Part shown: positions 1-9,648 of the stretch, piece after piece
Numbering within the stretch: the stretch's first letter is position 1
How the letters are laid out: every line of letters starts with the position of its first letter
NCBI GenBank assembly: GCA_965207735.1
Contig: OZ242296.1
Coordinates: 3,872,001-3,936,000, forward strand
From: Candidatus Versatilivorator sp.
GTDB lineage: Bacteria > Acidobacteriota > Terriglobia > Versatilivoradales > Versatilivoraceae
DNA length: 64,000 bases
Direction: 5' to 3'
Notes under the pieces: model-generated
Told to the model about the DNA's origin: nothing
Seen by the model: the letters and a program-made list of their open reading frames with translations, nothing else
Databases searched by the model: none
Made by a program: the position numbers and the translations under genes

Positions 1-1035
1 CTCGGACTCGGCAGTCTCGCCCTGGTCTCCCTGGCCGAGGCCCGGGAGAAGGCCCTGACCAACCGCAAACTGGCACGCGCGGGAGGGGATCCGCTGGCGG
101 AGAAGCGCCGCGCCGAGGGCATTCCCACCTTCGCCGAAGCCGCCCGGCGGGTGGTGGAGCGGAAGCGGGCCGGCTGGCGCAATCCCAAATCGGCGACGAA
201 CTGGTTGCGCAGCCTGGACGCCTACGTTTTCCCGCGAATCGGGAAGATCAGCGTCTCGGAGGTCACCAGCGCTGACGTGCTGGAGGTCCTCACGCCCATC
301 TGGCACCTCAAGGCCGAGACGGCCCGTGCCGTGCGGCATCGCATGCGCGCGGTGCTGGAATGGAGCATTGCCATGGGTTGGAGAGGGGATAATCCTTGCG
401 ATCGACTGCTGCCGGTGCTGGGTCCCCAACACGATGTCGTCCAACACCGCCGGGCCTTGCCCCACGGGGAGGTGGCGGCGGCCCTGGCGAGGGTGCGGGC
501 GTCGGAACCGGCCACGGCGGACAGGTTGGCCTTGGAGTTTCTGGTGTTGACGGCGGCGCGGGGCGGCGAGGTCCGCGGGGCGCTGTGGACGGAGATCGAT
601 CAGGAGGACGGTGTATGGACGATTCCCGCCAGCCGCATGAAGGCGAACCGCCCGCACCGGGTGCCGCTGTGTGGCCGGGCGCTGGAGACTCTCGATGCCG
701 CCCGGACACTGGGCGGAGGCCGCAGTCCGATCGTCTTTGTCACCGAGCGCGGGCAGCCGCTCAACAACAAGCGGATGTGCCGGTTGCTCGAGAAGTACCG
801 CATCGCGGCCGTGCCGCACGGCTTCCGGTCGTCGTTCCGGGATTGGGCGGCTGAGGAGACGGACCACCCGCGTGAAGTCATTGAGGCGGCCCTGGCGCAT
901 GTAGTCCGAAACCGGGTCGAGGCAGCCTACGCCCGCTCGGACCTGTTCGAGCGTCGGCGCCGGCTCATGGATGACTGGGCCGGCTACCTGGCCGGCGGGT
1001 GTCGAGGGGCGGACCGGTCGGTTGATTCGCCCTAA
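1..1035 (+). CDS. P4-type tyrosine recombinase/integrase, 5'-partial (runs off window)
   Basis: Frame open from base 1 (LGLGSLALVSLAEAREKA...). Catalytic motifs LTAARGGE, HGFRSSFRDW, ALAH and AAY are present. Confidence 0.95.
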   Translation, partial: LGLGSLALVSLAEAREKALTNRKLARAGGDPLAEKRRAEGIPTFAEAARRVVERKRAGWRNPKSATNWLRSLDAYVFPRIGKISVSEVTSADVLEVLTPIWHLKAETARAVRHRMRAVLEWSIAMGWRGDNPCDRLLPVLGPQHDVVQHRRALPHGEVAAALARVRASEPATADRLALEFLVLTAARGGEVRGALWTEIDQEDGVWTIPASRMKANRPHRVPLCGRALETLDAARTLGGGRSPIVFVTERGQPLNNKRMCRLLEKYRIAAVPHGFRSSFRDWAAEETDHPREVIEAALAHVVRNRVEAAYARSDLFERRRRLMDDWAGYLAGGCRGADRSVDSP

Positions 1036-1080
1036 CCCGCATTTCTCAGTGCGCCATGGAAAGGCGCCTTCTTCCAACGG

Positions 1081-1917
1081 GTGCGAAACCCGTCCAACAA
1101 CTGTCGCTCCGGTTGGTAGCAGCCAGGGCGGATCATGGAGGTAACGATATGGTCTGAAGCCCTCTGGTGTCAAAGGGCCGCTTAAGGCGGTTCAGCGAGC
1201 ATGCGGGCCGGAACGCGAGTGAACGTCGAGCAGGCCTCGAAACGGGCAATGCGGGGGCCGACCCACCTGAGAAATGGGGAAGGCCGAAGACGGAGGGGGA
1301 AGCGAGCGACGCGGGCACCCCTTTGGACCCGCCGGGGTAGTGGCGCTGGCACGCATGGAAGGGGAAGAAGGCAGCAACATGGGAAGCCCTGTGGGTGGTG
1401 AGGCACGCACCGAACCGGAAGCTCGCGAGAGTCAGTCTAGGCCGACAGGGTGGCGGAGAGGCCTGTAGTACCGGAGAAGCCGGGTAATACCGGTGGAGGG
1501 AAGGGGCCTCAGGTGAGGAGCGGTGACCGAAGGGGGAAGGGTCCCGGGAGTGGCGAAAGCCTGAAACCCCGACCAAAAAAGGGCCGGAGACTCCGGAAGC
1601 ATCACATGCAAAAGTGAAAGGGTCGTCGGAGGAGGACGGCGTCGTCAGGGCATCAACAGGCCTGGCGGCAACCCGGGAGCGGAAGTGGATGGAGTGGGGG
1701 ACGGGTGCCAATCCCATAGGAGTCGTCCACGGATGCGAGCGGGGACCTGTGTGCGAGACGCATGATCCCACTGGAGAGCCGAGATGCGGGAAAACCGCAC
1801 GTCCGGTTCGGAGAGCGGGGACTGGAAACGTGATAAGGGAGCCGGACTGAGGCCCGAAGCGAAAGCGACGGAATAGCCACCGGACCCTATAGTCAACGCG
1901 CCAGTCCTCGACTCTAC
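1081..1917 (+). ncRNA. ORF-less group II intron (~837 nt)
   Basis: Starts GTGCG. Contains the typical GTAGTACCG..GAAGCCGGGTAA..GGAGGGAAGG segment, domain V GAGCCGAGATGCGGGAAAACCGCACGTCCGGTTC (1776-1809), and a domain VI stem ending CTCGACTCTAC. No RT ORF. Confidence 0.9.
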
Positions 1918-1999
1918 CCAGAGGTAGGAAGCATCGGTTCTCGGAATCTGGTAAAATACTCTTGTCTAAGGAGTTAACCAGATTCTTAAAGGAGAACCG

Positions 2000-3367
2000 A
2001 TGCCGACACAGTGTAACACCAAACCCCTGGAGTTTGAACCCCACGGCCGCCGCCGCGTGGTGGCTGATTTCGACGGCGGTCCCATCACTTCCGATGCCGG
2101 CTCCCTGCTGTTGCGCCGGGTGGATCGGGGCTTATCTCTCTCCGACCAGGTGGCCGACTGTTTCACCGATCACCGCGACCCCAAGCGGACCCAATACAGC
2201 CTGCGCACCCTCATCGCTCAGCGCATCCGTGGCATCGCCCTCGGCTACGAGGATCTCATCGACCACGACCAACTCCGTCACGATCCCCTCATGGCCTTGT
2301 TTTCAGAGAAAGGCCGTCGTGGCGACTCGCCTCCCCTGGCAGGCAAGAGCACCCTCAACCGACTCGAACACGCCCCCACCCAAGGCCCCACCCGCTACCA
2401 CAAGATTGACCACGACCCCGAGGCCTTGCAAGCCCTCCTGGTGAAACTGTTTCTGCAAGCCCATCCCCAACCCCCCGATGAGATCATCCTCGACCTCGAC
2501 GCCACTGACGATCCCCTCCACGGGGAACAAGAGGACCGCTTCTTCCACGGCTACTACCGAGGCTACTGCTACCTGCCCCTCTACATCTTCTCGGGCCGCC
2601 ATCTGCTCTCGGCCCTGCTCAGACCCGCCAACATCGATGCCTCCGCCGGCGCTCTGGAGCAGGTCCAGCGCATCGTCTCCCGCCTACGGCGTGTCTGGCC
2701 TCAGGTCAAGATCCTGCTGCGGGCCGACTCCGGCTTTGCCCGTGAGGAGCTGATGGGGTGGTGTGAGCAGCATCAGGTCGACTATCTCTTCGGCCTGGCC
2801 CGCAACTCCCGCCTCCAAGACGCCATCGCCCCCGAGTTGGCTCAGGCCCAGGCCCTCTCAGACCAGCAACAGCAGCCCGCCCGGATCTTCACCGACCTCT
2901 CCTACCGCACTCACAAGAGCTGGTCCCACGAGCGCCGCCTGGTCGCCAAAGCCGAGGTCCTGCCCCGCGGCCCCAACCCCCGCTTCGTCGTCACCTCTCT
3001 GTCGGTCCAGGACTACCCCGCCCAGTTCCTCTATGAGAAGATCTACTGTGCCCGCGGTGAGATGGAAAACCGCATCAAGGAGCAGCAACTCGACCTGTTT
3101 GCCGATCGCACCTCCACCCACTCCTTCCGGGCGAATCAGCTCCGGCTCCTGATGACCTCTTTCGCCTATGTGCTGGTGGAGGGCTTGCGCCGGCGGGCGC
3201 TGCAATCCACCTGCCTGGCCCGGGCCACCGTCGGTTCCATCAGACTCAAACTGCTCAAGATCGGCGCTCAGGTCACCATCTCGGTCCGTCGCATCAAGGT
3301 CGCCATGGCTTCCGGATGTCCTTACCAGAGGGAGTTCCGCATCGCTTGGGCTCACCTGCCGCCCTGA
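2000..3367 (+). CDS. IS1380-family DDE transposase
   Basis: FDGGPITSDAG, LDLDATDDPLHG, LRADSGF, YCARGEMENRIKEQQLDLF motifs. Confidence 0.96.
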   Translation: MPTQCNTKPLEFEPHGRRRVVADFDGGPITSDAGSLLLRRVDRGLSLSDQVADCFTDHRDPKRTQYSLRTLIAQRIRGIALGYEDLIDHDQLRHDPLMALFSEKGRRGDSPPLAGKSTLNRLEHAPTQGPTRYHKIDHDPEALQALLVKLFLQAHPQPPDEIILDLDATDDPLHGEQEDRFFHGYYRGYCYLPLYIFSGRHLLSALLRPANIDASAGALEQVQRIVSRLRRVWPQVKILLRADSGFAREELMGWCEQHQVDYLFGLARNSRLQDAIAPELAQAQALSDQQQQPARIFTDLSYRTHKSWSHERRLVAKAEVLPRGPNPRFVVTSLSVQDYPAQFLYEKIYCARGEMENRIKEQQLDLFADRTSTHSFRANQLRLLMTSFAYVLVEGLRRRALQSTCLARATVGSIRLKLLKIGAQVTISVRRIKVAMASGCPYQREFRIAWAHLPP

Positions 3368-3610
3368 GGTGCCCTGACCCGACCGTCACTCCTGGCCCTT
3401 GAAGACGCGGCCACCAGGCCCGATGGCAGAGGTGTCGCTGTTTTCGAGGGAAAATGCCGCCTGAGGTTCCTCGGAGAGCCTCAGAAGCCTCCGCTGTTGG
3501 CCTTTGCCTACCGATCCAGCCACCAACGTTGTTAAACTCGGCCTCAAATGCCTCCATGGCCCCTTTTACCGCTCCTGTGCGAACTCTGGTGAGAAATGCG
3601 GGCTAACCGC

Positions 3611-4138
3611 TCAACAGTCGCCCCCAATAGATCGCCCTCTATCGGATTCAAACACTGGAGGGAAGCGGTGAGTGCGGCGTCGTGTGAGCCTGAGGCCTGA
3701 TCGATTCTTCCAGATGCCCACCCCCAGTCTTTGGGCAAGCCTTTCGTCTTCACGGTAATCGTCGTTCCCAAAGGACTTGCCAAGCCCATTTGCCACTACC
3801 CATCGGTTCAGGTTCACTTCCGTCCTTTTGCCTACCAGGTAGCAGGTTCCTAGAAACCACTGTTTGCCGAAGTCGTTGTACTTTTCCAAATCCTCGCACC
3901 GCACCGGTTGCCTATCGAGCATCATCTGGAGGTGGGAAATGGGGTCAAGCTCTTCCGGTTTCCGCTTGTAAGTGACTGCCTTGGCTCCCCGCAAATCCAC
4001 CACGAATCCGTCAACCTTAAGCAGGTCGACACCGACGGCTGTGGCCTTCCCGAAGATGTATCGAGGCACGGGTTCTTGGAGTGAGGGTAGAGGCCCGACA
4101 AGGATTGGCAAGAGGTAGACAAAGGCATGGATCCACAT
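3611..4138 (-). CDS. SNase/thermonuclease-like exported protein (catalytic residues look degenerate)
   Basis: N-terminal hydrophobic signal; C-terminal LGTCY..NLNRWVVANGLG..YREDERLA..LGVGIW pattern. Confidence 0.65.
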   Translation of the reverse strand: MWIHAFVYLLPILVGPLPSLQEPVPRYIFGKATAVGVDLLKVDGFVVDLRGAKAVTYKRKPEELDPISHLQMMLDRQPVRCEDLEKYNDFGKQWFLGTCYLVGKRTEVNLNRWVVANGLGKSFGNDDYREDERLAQRLGVGIWKNRSGLRLTRRRTHRFPPVFESDRGRSIGGDC

Positions 4139-4196
4139 GTGGTATTACCTCCTGTCTTTTGGAGACTCTCGATATCCCTGATCAGAGGAGCAAATC

Positions 4197-4481
4197 ATGG
4201 CTGTTGCAATCTATCCAACCGGGGTCATCAGGCTGGAGGGTGTGGCGGCGTGGGCCGGTAACTGCATCTACTACCCTGTTGTTGGGTTCAGCGCAACTGC
4301 GACTGGTGACGACAGACTCGAATCCGTTAATCTTTCTGGTGCCACCAATGCCATTTGTTTCACTGGCACGATGGCGTCCGACAGAAAGAGCTATAGCGGC
4401 ACGGTCGAACAATGCTCGTCTTTCTGTCAGATTGGAGGGCCAATCTCAGAGTCAGCTACCGTGATGCCGACGGAAATTTGA
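4197..4481 (+). CDS. small hypothetical protein, possibly a fragment
   Basis: AGGAG RBS before ATG; 94 aa. Confidence 0.4.
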   Translation: MAVAIYPTGVIRLEGVAAWAGNCIYYPVVGFSATATGDDRLESVNLSGATNAICFTGTMASDRKSYSGTVEQCSSFCQIGGPISESATVMPTEI

Positions 4482-4634
4482 GACAGAAGCGTCGCTCAGT
4501 CAAGTTGATTATTGACGTCCTAGATGCCGCCACGCCTTAGGGTGTGTTTACAATCATCCAGGTTGTGCTACTGAGGTTTTTGGGGAAATTATATACGGTT
4601 CTAACCACACGCCCGCAAGTCGTTGAAAACAGGT

Positions 4635-5066
4635 TTACTCTTCTGTGATAGTTCTGACGGGAAGGACTTCAAAGTGGAAGTTATCTAAAACCTCCTCGAT
4701 TTTCTTCTTTAGCTGCACCTCTTGGAGTTTCTGTTCAGATTCTCGTTTTCCTTTAAAGATGCTTTCTACAGATTCTCCCATAGCTCTCAGTGCGCTTGAA
4801 CTTTCGTTTGTCCTTTTCACAAACAGCGCTTGCTCAGCAGGATCTTTGATATCAGTGTGTTCTGCGCCTTTAAGTGCGTTAGCAACATCAATTAAGTGAG
4901 AACCTGATTTAATACGCAACGCACTGAAAAAACTGAGCATAGTAACGACTCTGCTCGCATTCATCACCCTGATTTCCAAATCCCTAACTCTTCTTTCCAA
5001 ATCATCTAAACGACTTTCTGACATTGCTTTCTCCTCGAGTTTTTTGACACCTGCGAGATTTGTCAA
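4635..5066 (-). CDS. hypothetical coiled-coil protein (low-GC cargo)
   Basis: 143-aa ORF; a GAGGAG RBS precedes the internal Met MSESRL. Confidence 0.6.
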   Translation of the reverse strand: MTNLAGVKKLEEKAMSESRLDDLERRVRDLEIRVMNASRVVTMLSFFSALRIKSGSHLIDVANALKGAEHTDIKDPAEQALFVKRTNESSSALRAMGESVESIFKGKRESEQKLQEVQLKKKIEEVLDNFHFEVLPVRTITEE

Positions 5067-5214
5067 GTTGTGGTTTTGTCCAACTTCCCCGTCGCCAGTT
5101 TCCGCAGGGCAATAGTCATCCCGACGAAATCCATCTTCGCTCTGAGGCGTCTCGCCTTCTCGGCTAACTACGCCTTCACGAGGGAAGGAGTAAACCCACT
5201 TATGAGCGCCAGGA

Positions 5215-5589
5215 TCATGGAGGAAATCCCAAAAACAGGAACTCTTCCAAACCCTTTCGGATCATTTGCTCGCCAGTGAGTCTTGAGATTGAATCATCGT
5301 CGGTTCTGATGTTGAAAAAGCAGGTGTCGTTCTTCCCAAACACCGGCGTCGCGGTGAAGAAAGTTCCATCGAAGTTCTTCTGGACCAGTATCTGCCCTTC
5401 GCGGATCCCAAAAGTAACCGATCCACCATGGTTATTCCAAACCTCTAAACGGTCGCCGAAACTCTTGCAGAGATACTTGTTGGTTCCGAGGATGGCGTTG
5501 CGCTCCATAACCACCGCCTCCACTTCTACAACTAGACGTTTGAATTGCTCTTGCACGGAGCACTTGCTCCGCTCTGTAACCCAACTCAT
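5215..5589 (-). CDS. hypothetical protein
   Basis: AGGAGG RBS; 124-aa ORF with natural composition. Confidence 0.7.
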   Translation of the reverse strand: MSWVTERSKCSVQEQFKRLVVEVEAVVMERNAILGTNKYLCKSFGDRLEVWNNHGGSVTFGIREGQILVQKNFDGTFFTATPVFGKNDTCFFNIRTDDDSISRLTGEQMIRKGLEEFLFLGFPP

Positions 5590-5607
5590 GATTGACCTCC
5601 TATTGGT

Positions 5608-6192
5608 TCAGTTCAAGAGGATCTGAATCACCCTCCTGTCCTTCATTATTCTGGCCAAATCCAATGGGGAGACGCCGGCGTGGTTCTTGATGTTGGGATC
5701 CGCGCCATACTTCAGAAGAATATTCAATGGGGCGGCGTACTTGAACCCCACCGCCATGTGGAGGGGCGTGTTTCCCTCTGCGTCGTACACGTTCGGGTTT
5801 GCTCCAGCCTCCAGCACTATTCTCAAGGATTGGCCCGAATGGTCGTTTCCCGCGACCACGCTTGATGCGTAAATGAGGGTCAACAGAGGAATGTTGCCTT
5901 TATTCCCCTGTGTGGCGGTCATGGTGATGGCCGGGTTGAACTCTGACGATTTAACGATTCTCTTTACCTTGTCAGTGTCATGGTTGCCAGCCGCCGAAAC
6001 CAGATTGGTCACCCAATTAGCCTGGTCAGCCCACTTGTCGATCAGACTCTTATCGGCAGCACTCATTTCTTCTGTGCTGTTCACCTGGCAGGTCATTCCA
6101 GCCGCAACCAGAAAGACCATAAGGGACTTCAACAAGGCATTTATGGTGTCTCCGCTTAAAAGCGGCGCGGCCCGCCGAAGGAAGGGTGACAC
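5608..6192 (-). CDS. secreted/lipoprotein-like ankyrin-repeat protein
   Basis: GANPNVYDAEGNTPLHMAV and GADPNIKNHAGVSPLDLA ankyrin motifs; hydrophobic N-terminal segment followed by Cys. Confidence 0.85.
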   Translation of the reverse strand: MSPFLRRAAPLLSGDTINALLKSLMVFLVAAGMTCQVNSTEEMSAADKSLIDKWADQANWVTNLVSAAGNHDTDKVKRIVKSSEFNPAITMTATQGNKGNIPLLTLIYASSVVAGNDHSGQSLRIVLEAGANPNVYDAEGNTPLHMAVGFKYAAPLNILLKYGADPNIKNHAGVSPLDLARIMKDRRVIQILLN

Positions 6193-6241
6193 AGCCGACC
6201 GCGCCTGGCCCTAGAGTTCCGGCCCCAGGGTTCCCATCGAA

Positions 6242-6670
6242 TCATTTTAAAGGCCAGACCGGCCATAGCAGGGTGCCGGTATTGGAGCGGTTGTCTACGG
6301 ACACAGCCCACATATAGAGCACCCCACGCTCGATCTCCCACACAATCAAGCCATTGGTGACAGGGGCGCTGATGTGTTTCTGAGTCCAGGCCCATGGATC
6401 GACTGTGAATCGGATCTCTTCGACCAACATGCTGGCGGCGTCATAGACCTTGGCCCGAACCACGGTGTCGCCGACTTCCACGAAGTTGAACACTCCGATA
6501 TTGTCCCGCTGGTTCTCGTTAACGGTAATGCCGGCGTTGTAGGCCATGGGCTTGCGGAGGATCAGCGGAAGCAGCCCGTTGGCGACCGTGGTGGTGAGGC
6601 GCCCATCGGTTGAGTCGTTATAGACCTCTACCGTTATGGAGAACTCCTCCTCGATGTCCTCATTGGATAA
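6242..6670 (-). pseudogene. C-terminal fragment of a beta-rich exported protein
   Basis: Frame of ORF 6242-6547 continues upstream to ~6670 (LSNEDIEEEFSITVEVY...) without a clear start. Confidence 0.4.
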
Positions 6671-6829
6671 GGAGAGAAGGATGGGAAACGAACTTGTTAA
6701 ACAAGGATTTCAAAGTTCAGCAATAATCGAGCAATAATCGATGGCCAACACGTCGTTGCCTTCGCGATGCTTAAGTCCGTAGTGGTTCCATTACTTTTCA
6801 TTCCCAAACCTTTTTCTCTTGTTTAAAAC

Positions 6830-7327
6830 CTAATCCAGAACTATCGGCCGCATCGAAGTCAGCGGCTTGCAACCCGCCGCTTTGAGTTTCCTAACGGTCG
6901 CCTGATAACCTTCCCTGGCCGCTATCTGCTTCGCTCGCTTCTGGCCAGCCTCTTGCTTCGCTTTCTTATAATGCCCCCAGGCCCTTTGGACGTTACGCCG
7001 CTTGGCAGCGGGGCCTCCGACGCGATGGGCCTTCTGGCGCTGGGCCTGAGCAACAATCACCGGTATCCCCGATTTCTCTAGCTCAAGAATGGGGCTGGAC
7101 GGATCGTTGTTTCGGTGCCGGCAAATGTACACCCGGGCGTCATAGCGCAACTTCTCGCAGGCGTTCGAATCGGACGGTACGGGAATTCCACCGCCGGAAT
7201 CAACGTAGCGTTGACCCCACTCTTGGATGTAATACTGTCTGAGGGTGGGCTTCAGATCGGGGCAATCCTGAGCCGAAAGCGGAAGGGCCACCAAGGCGGC
7301 AAGGCACGAGAGGGCGTAGATTCGCAT
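6830..7327 (-). CDS. hypothetical secreted protein
   Basis: AGGAAGAG RBS; signal peptide MRIYALSCLAALVALPLSA. Confidence 0.7.
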   Translation of the reverse strand: MRIYALSCLAALVALPLSAQDCPDLKPTLRQYYIQEWGQRYVDSGGGIPVPSDSNACEKLRYDARVYICRHRNNDPSSPILELEKSGIPVIVAQAQRQKAHRVGGPAAKRRNVQRAWGHYKKAKQEAGQKRAKQIAAREGYQATVRKLKAAGCKPLTSMRPIVLD

Positions 7328-7564
7328 TTCTCTTCCTTTCGTTACAGGGACACCTTAAGATCGATGCTGGGTTTTGCAACTGGCAGAAAGGGGATGGTCG
7401 CTCGTCTATTTCCCTAATTCTGCGCCCAAGCGCCGCTGGGCGTGGAAACATACTGCGGGTGTTGTATCGAACGAAGATCCGAAGACCGACACAAGATGTG
7501 GTTTCTTTCGTTTGGTTGCGGGGCTGATAGTAGCAGGCTCTTAAGCAAAAATGCCATATAGTTG

Positions 7565-7735
7565 TGTTGGTAATACGTCAAGATGATCGGTTTTAGTGAA
7601 ACGTGAAGTGTCCGGTTTGGGCAGCCAAAGAAACCTCCCATAGTCGCAGTCGCCGGGCCTGTGAAAGTGGGCAACTCGAAGAGTTTTCCAAGGACCCGGA
7701 GAGACCGGCTTTTCCACAGCTACCGTCGCCGGGGG
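7565..7735 (-). mobile_element. orphan IS end remnant (TGT-terminated, IS481/IS1202/IS21-like)
   Basis: Reads ACCGGACACTTCACG..AAACCGATCATCTTGACGTATTACCAACA on the minus strand, with GTGGAAAA/TTTCAC subterminal motifs; no transposase adjacent. Confidence 0.45.
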
Positions 7736-7842
7736 CTCGAAATTGCTCCGGCGCAAGGAACCCCAGCGAGTTGTGCGTGTCCAAACCGCTCGTGCTCAAC
7801 GGCGACCAAGGACTGATGGAGTTCTGCCTGTACAGTGTGCAC

Positions 7843-8080
7843 TGAAAAGCAACTGCGGTGGCTGGTCCGCGCGCAGGGGATTGCAGCGGTGTCGCACGGG
7901 TTCAGATCCAGCTTCCGGGACTGGGCGGGTGAGGAGACCGATCACCCCCGGGAGGTGATCGAGGCGGCCCTTGCCGTCCGCAACCCGGTCGAGGCAGCCT
8001 ACGCCCGCTCGGACCTGTTCGAGCGTCGGCGCCGGCTCATGGATGACTGGGCCGGCTACCTGGCCGGCGGGTGTCGAGGG
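7843..8080 (+). pseudogene. integrase C-terminal fragment
   Basis: HGFRSSFRDWAGEETDHPREVIEAALA..AAYARSDLFERRRRLM, near-identical to ~800-1008. Confidence 0.9.
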
Positions 8081-8326
8081 CCGCAGGCCGGAGTAGCGCT
8101 CGATGGCCGTGCGAGGCGGGGACAGCGGGGCCGGCGCCGCACCGCGTAGTGCCGGGGAGCCAGCCTACCCAATGTAGTACATTGGGGCTGGCGAGGGGCT
8201 CCGGCCCCTTCGAACCCCCGACCGGGGAGAGCTCTCCCCCGGCCCCTCCATCACCCCCGCCGCTCCCTTCTCCCTCTCCCATGACCGAGGCCTCGATGGC
8301 GCGGGAAGCGAAAGCGACCAGGGTGT

Positions 8327-8548
8327 GTGGAGCATCCCGGCCCGCGCGCGAAGGGGAATCGCGAGCACCGGGTCCCCCTGTGCCGCCGTGCCCTGGAGAT
8401 CCTGGAGGCTGCCCTGGCGCACAAGGTCCGCAGCCGGATCGAGGCCGCCTACCGGCGCTCGGACCTGTTCGAGCGTCGGCGCCGGCTCATGGAGGACTGG
8501 GCCGGCTACCTGGCCGGCGGGTGTCGAGGGGCAGGACCGATCGGTTGA
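8327..8548 (+). pseudogene. integrase C-terminal fragment with internal deletion
   Basis: HRVPLCRRALEIL fused directly to EAALAHKVRSRIEAAYRRSDLFERRRRLM. Confidence 0.9.
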
Positions 8549-8909
8549 TCGGCCCTGACCTCGGCAGCGCTCGATGGCCTTCCCGCCAGGGATCACTGTG
8601 GAGGGAGCGACCCCCGAAAAGGGGAGGGAAGGTGGTGGATTTTGGCGTGCACCACCTCCCCCTCCCCGGTGCCGCACCAGCGGCAAAAAACAGGGGGTCG
8701 CTCCCTCCACTTCCTCCCCCTCCTGTGCGGCGCCACGACGCGCCGGGCGAGGGGGCGGACACGCGATGCCGACGCCCCACGGGGCTTTACCCCATAGGAC
8801 TTGGGAAATCCGTGCCAACCTGCGTCCAATGCGGGTTTCCGGGAACAGCCTGGACCACGGCGGCGAGGGCTTCGCCCTCTGAGAGTGGAGCGTTGGGGTT
8901 GTCAAAAGC

Positions 8910-8964
8910 GTGAGCCACCTGGTGCGCCACCTACGTGAGCCACCCCCCTTTTGTAAGGTGGCCA
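8910..8964. repeat. iteron-like GTG(A/C)GCCACC x3 plus a partial inverted copy
   Basis: Copies at 8910, 8922, 8935; GGTGGC at ~8957. Confidence 0.55.
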
Positions 8965-9311
8965 CCCATACGACGCCACGTCCTTGACCCCCGGAGGCGG
9001 AAATCGTCGATCATTCCTCGGCCGTTCGAGGCCGGGATTTCCTGCTCCCATTGGACGATCTTCTCCAGGACGACATCGAGGCTGGCGTGGCGTTCGACGG
9101 TGTCCTCCTGCACCCTGAATCCGCGAGCTTTGCCGGGCAGGCTGGACTTTCTCACTCCCTGGCATAGCAGAACACCCCGAAACGCCTCCTGGACCGATTC
9201 CCCTCTCAGGGACCGCAGGTCCCGCCGCCTGTGGGGAAACCAGAATGGTCGGATGGGTCAGTGGTCACCATTCGGTCCGGACCAACTGTCCCGATTAGCG
9301 ACTGGTCCGCC

Positions 9312-9648
9312 AGTAACTGTTAGGTCGAGCCGTGGGGAGCATCGTCCTGCGCCGGGCCTATGGCTTCGCGCTCAATGGCGACCGAGCACCCGACGAAGTG
9401 GCACTCTTTCACCTCCATGGGATGGAGACACAGAGCCGAGAAGCGACCCGTGCTTGTCGGAACGATACGGTCGGATCGCGTGGTGCGTAAGGACTTCGAG
9501 GCTGACGATCGTTTGCCGTTATCCTGTATGTGGGAGGTCTTGCCGCCGCGACGGGTAGCTCAAGCCCGACAGCAACCCAACGGGAATTGATCGCTGCGGA
9601 GAGGATGTCGTTTCGACCACTCCACCACAGCTTGACCGAACAGTTACT
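9312..9648. mobile_element. ~335-bp TIR element (MITE-like), copy 1
   Basis: AGTAACTGTTAGGTCGAGCCGTGG ... CCACAGCTTGACCGAACAGTTACT; collinear homolog at 12836-13158. Confidence 0.8.

Larger units (their letters stand above)
1036..3602 (+). mobile_element. IS1380-family insertion sequence containing a nested group II intron
   Basis: 13-bp TIRs CCCGCATTTCTCA (1036-1048) and TGAGAAATGCGGG (3590-3602), flanked by a CTAA direct repeat (1032-1035, 3603-3606); encloses an IS1380 transposase. Confidence 0.92.

Noticed and set aside
1133-2044. 303-aa minus-strand ORF
   Set aside because: Antisense shadow of the group II intron; no protein motifs.
4537-4553. TTAGGGTGTGTTTACAA resembling an IS5-type end
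   Set aside because: No partner end or transposase seen; too short to support.
3603-7560. Integron cassette array
   Set aside because: No recurring attC-type RYYYAAC...GTTRRRY palindromes were seen, and the nearby integrases are P4-type rather than IntI.
9360-9590. Small ORF inside TIR element 1 with a similar peptide in element 2
   Set aside because: The similarity follows from DNA homology, and the stop codon and ORF length are not conserved between copies.
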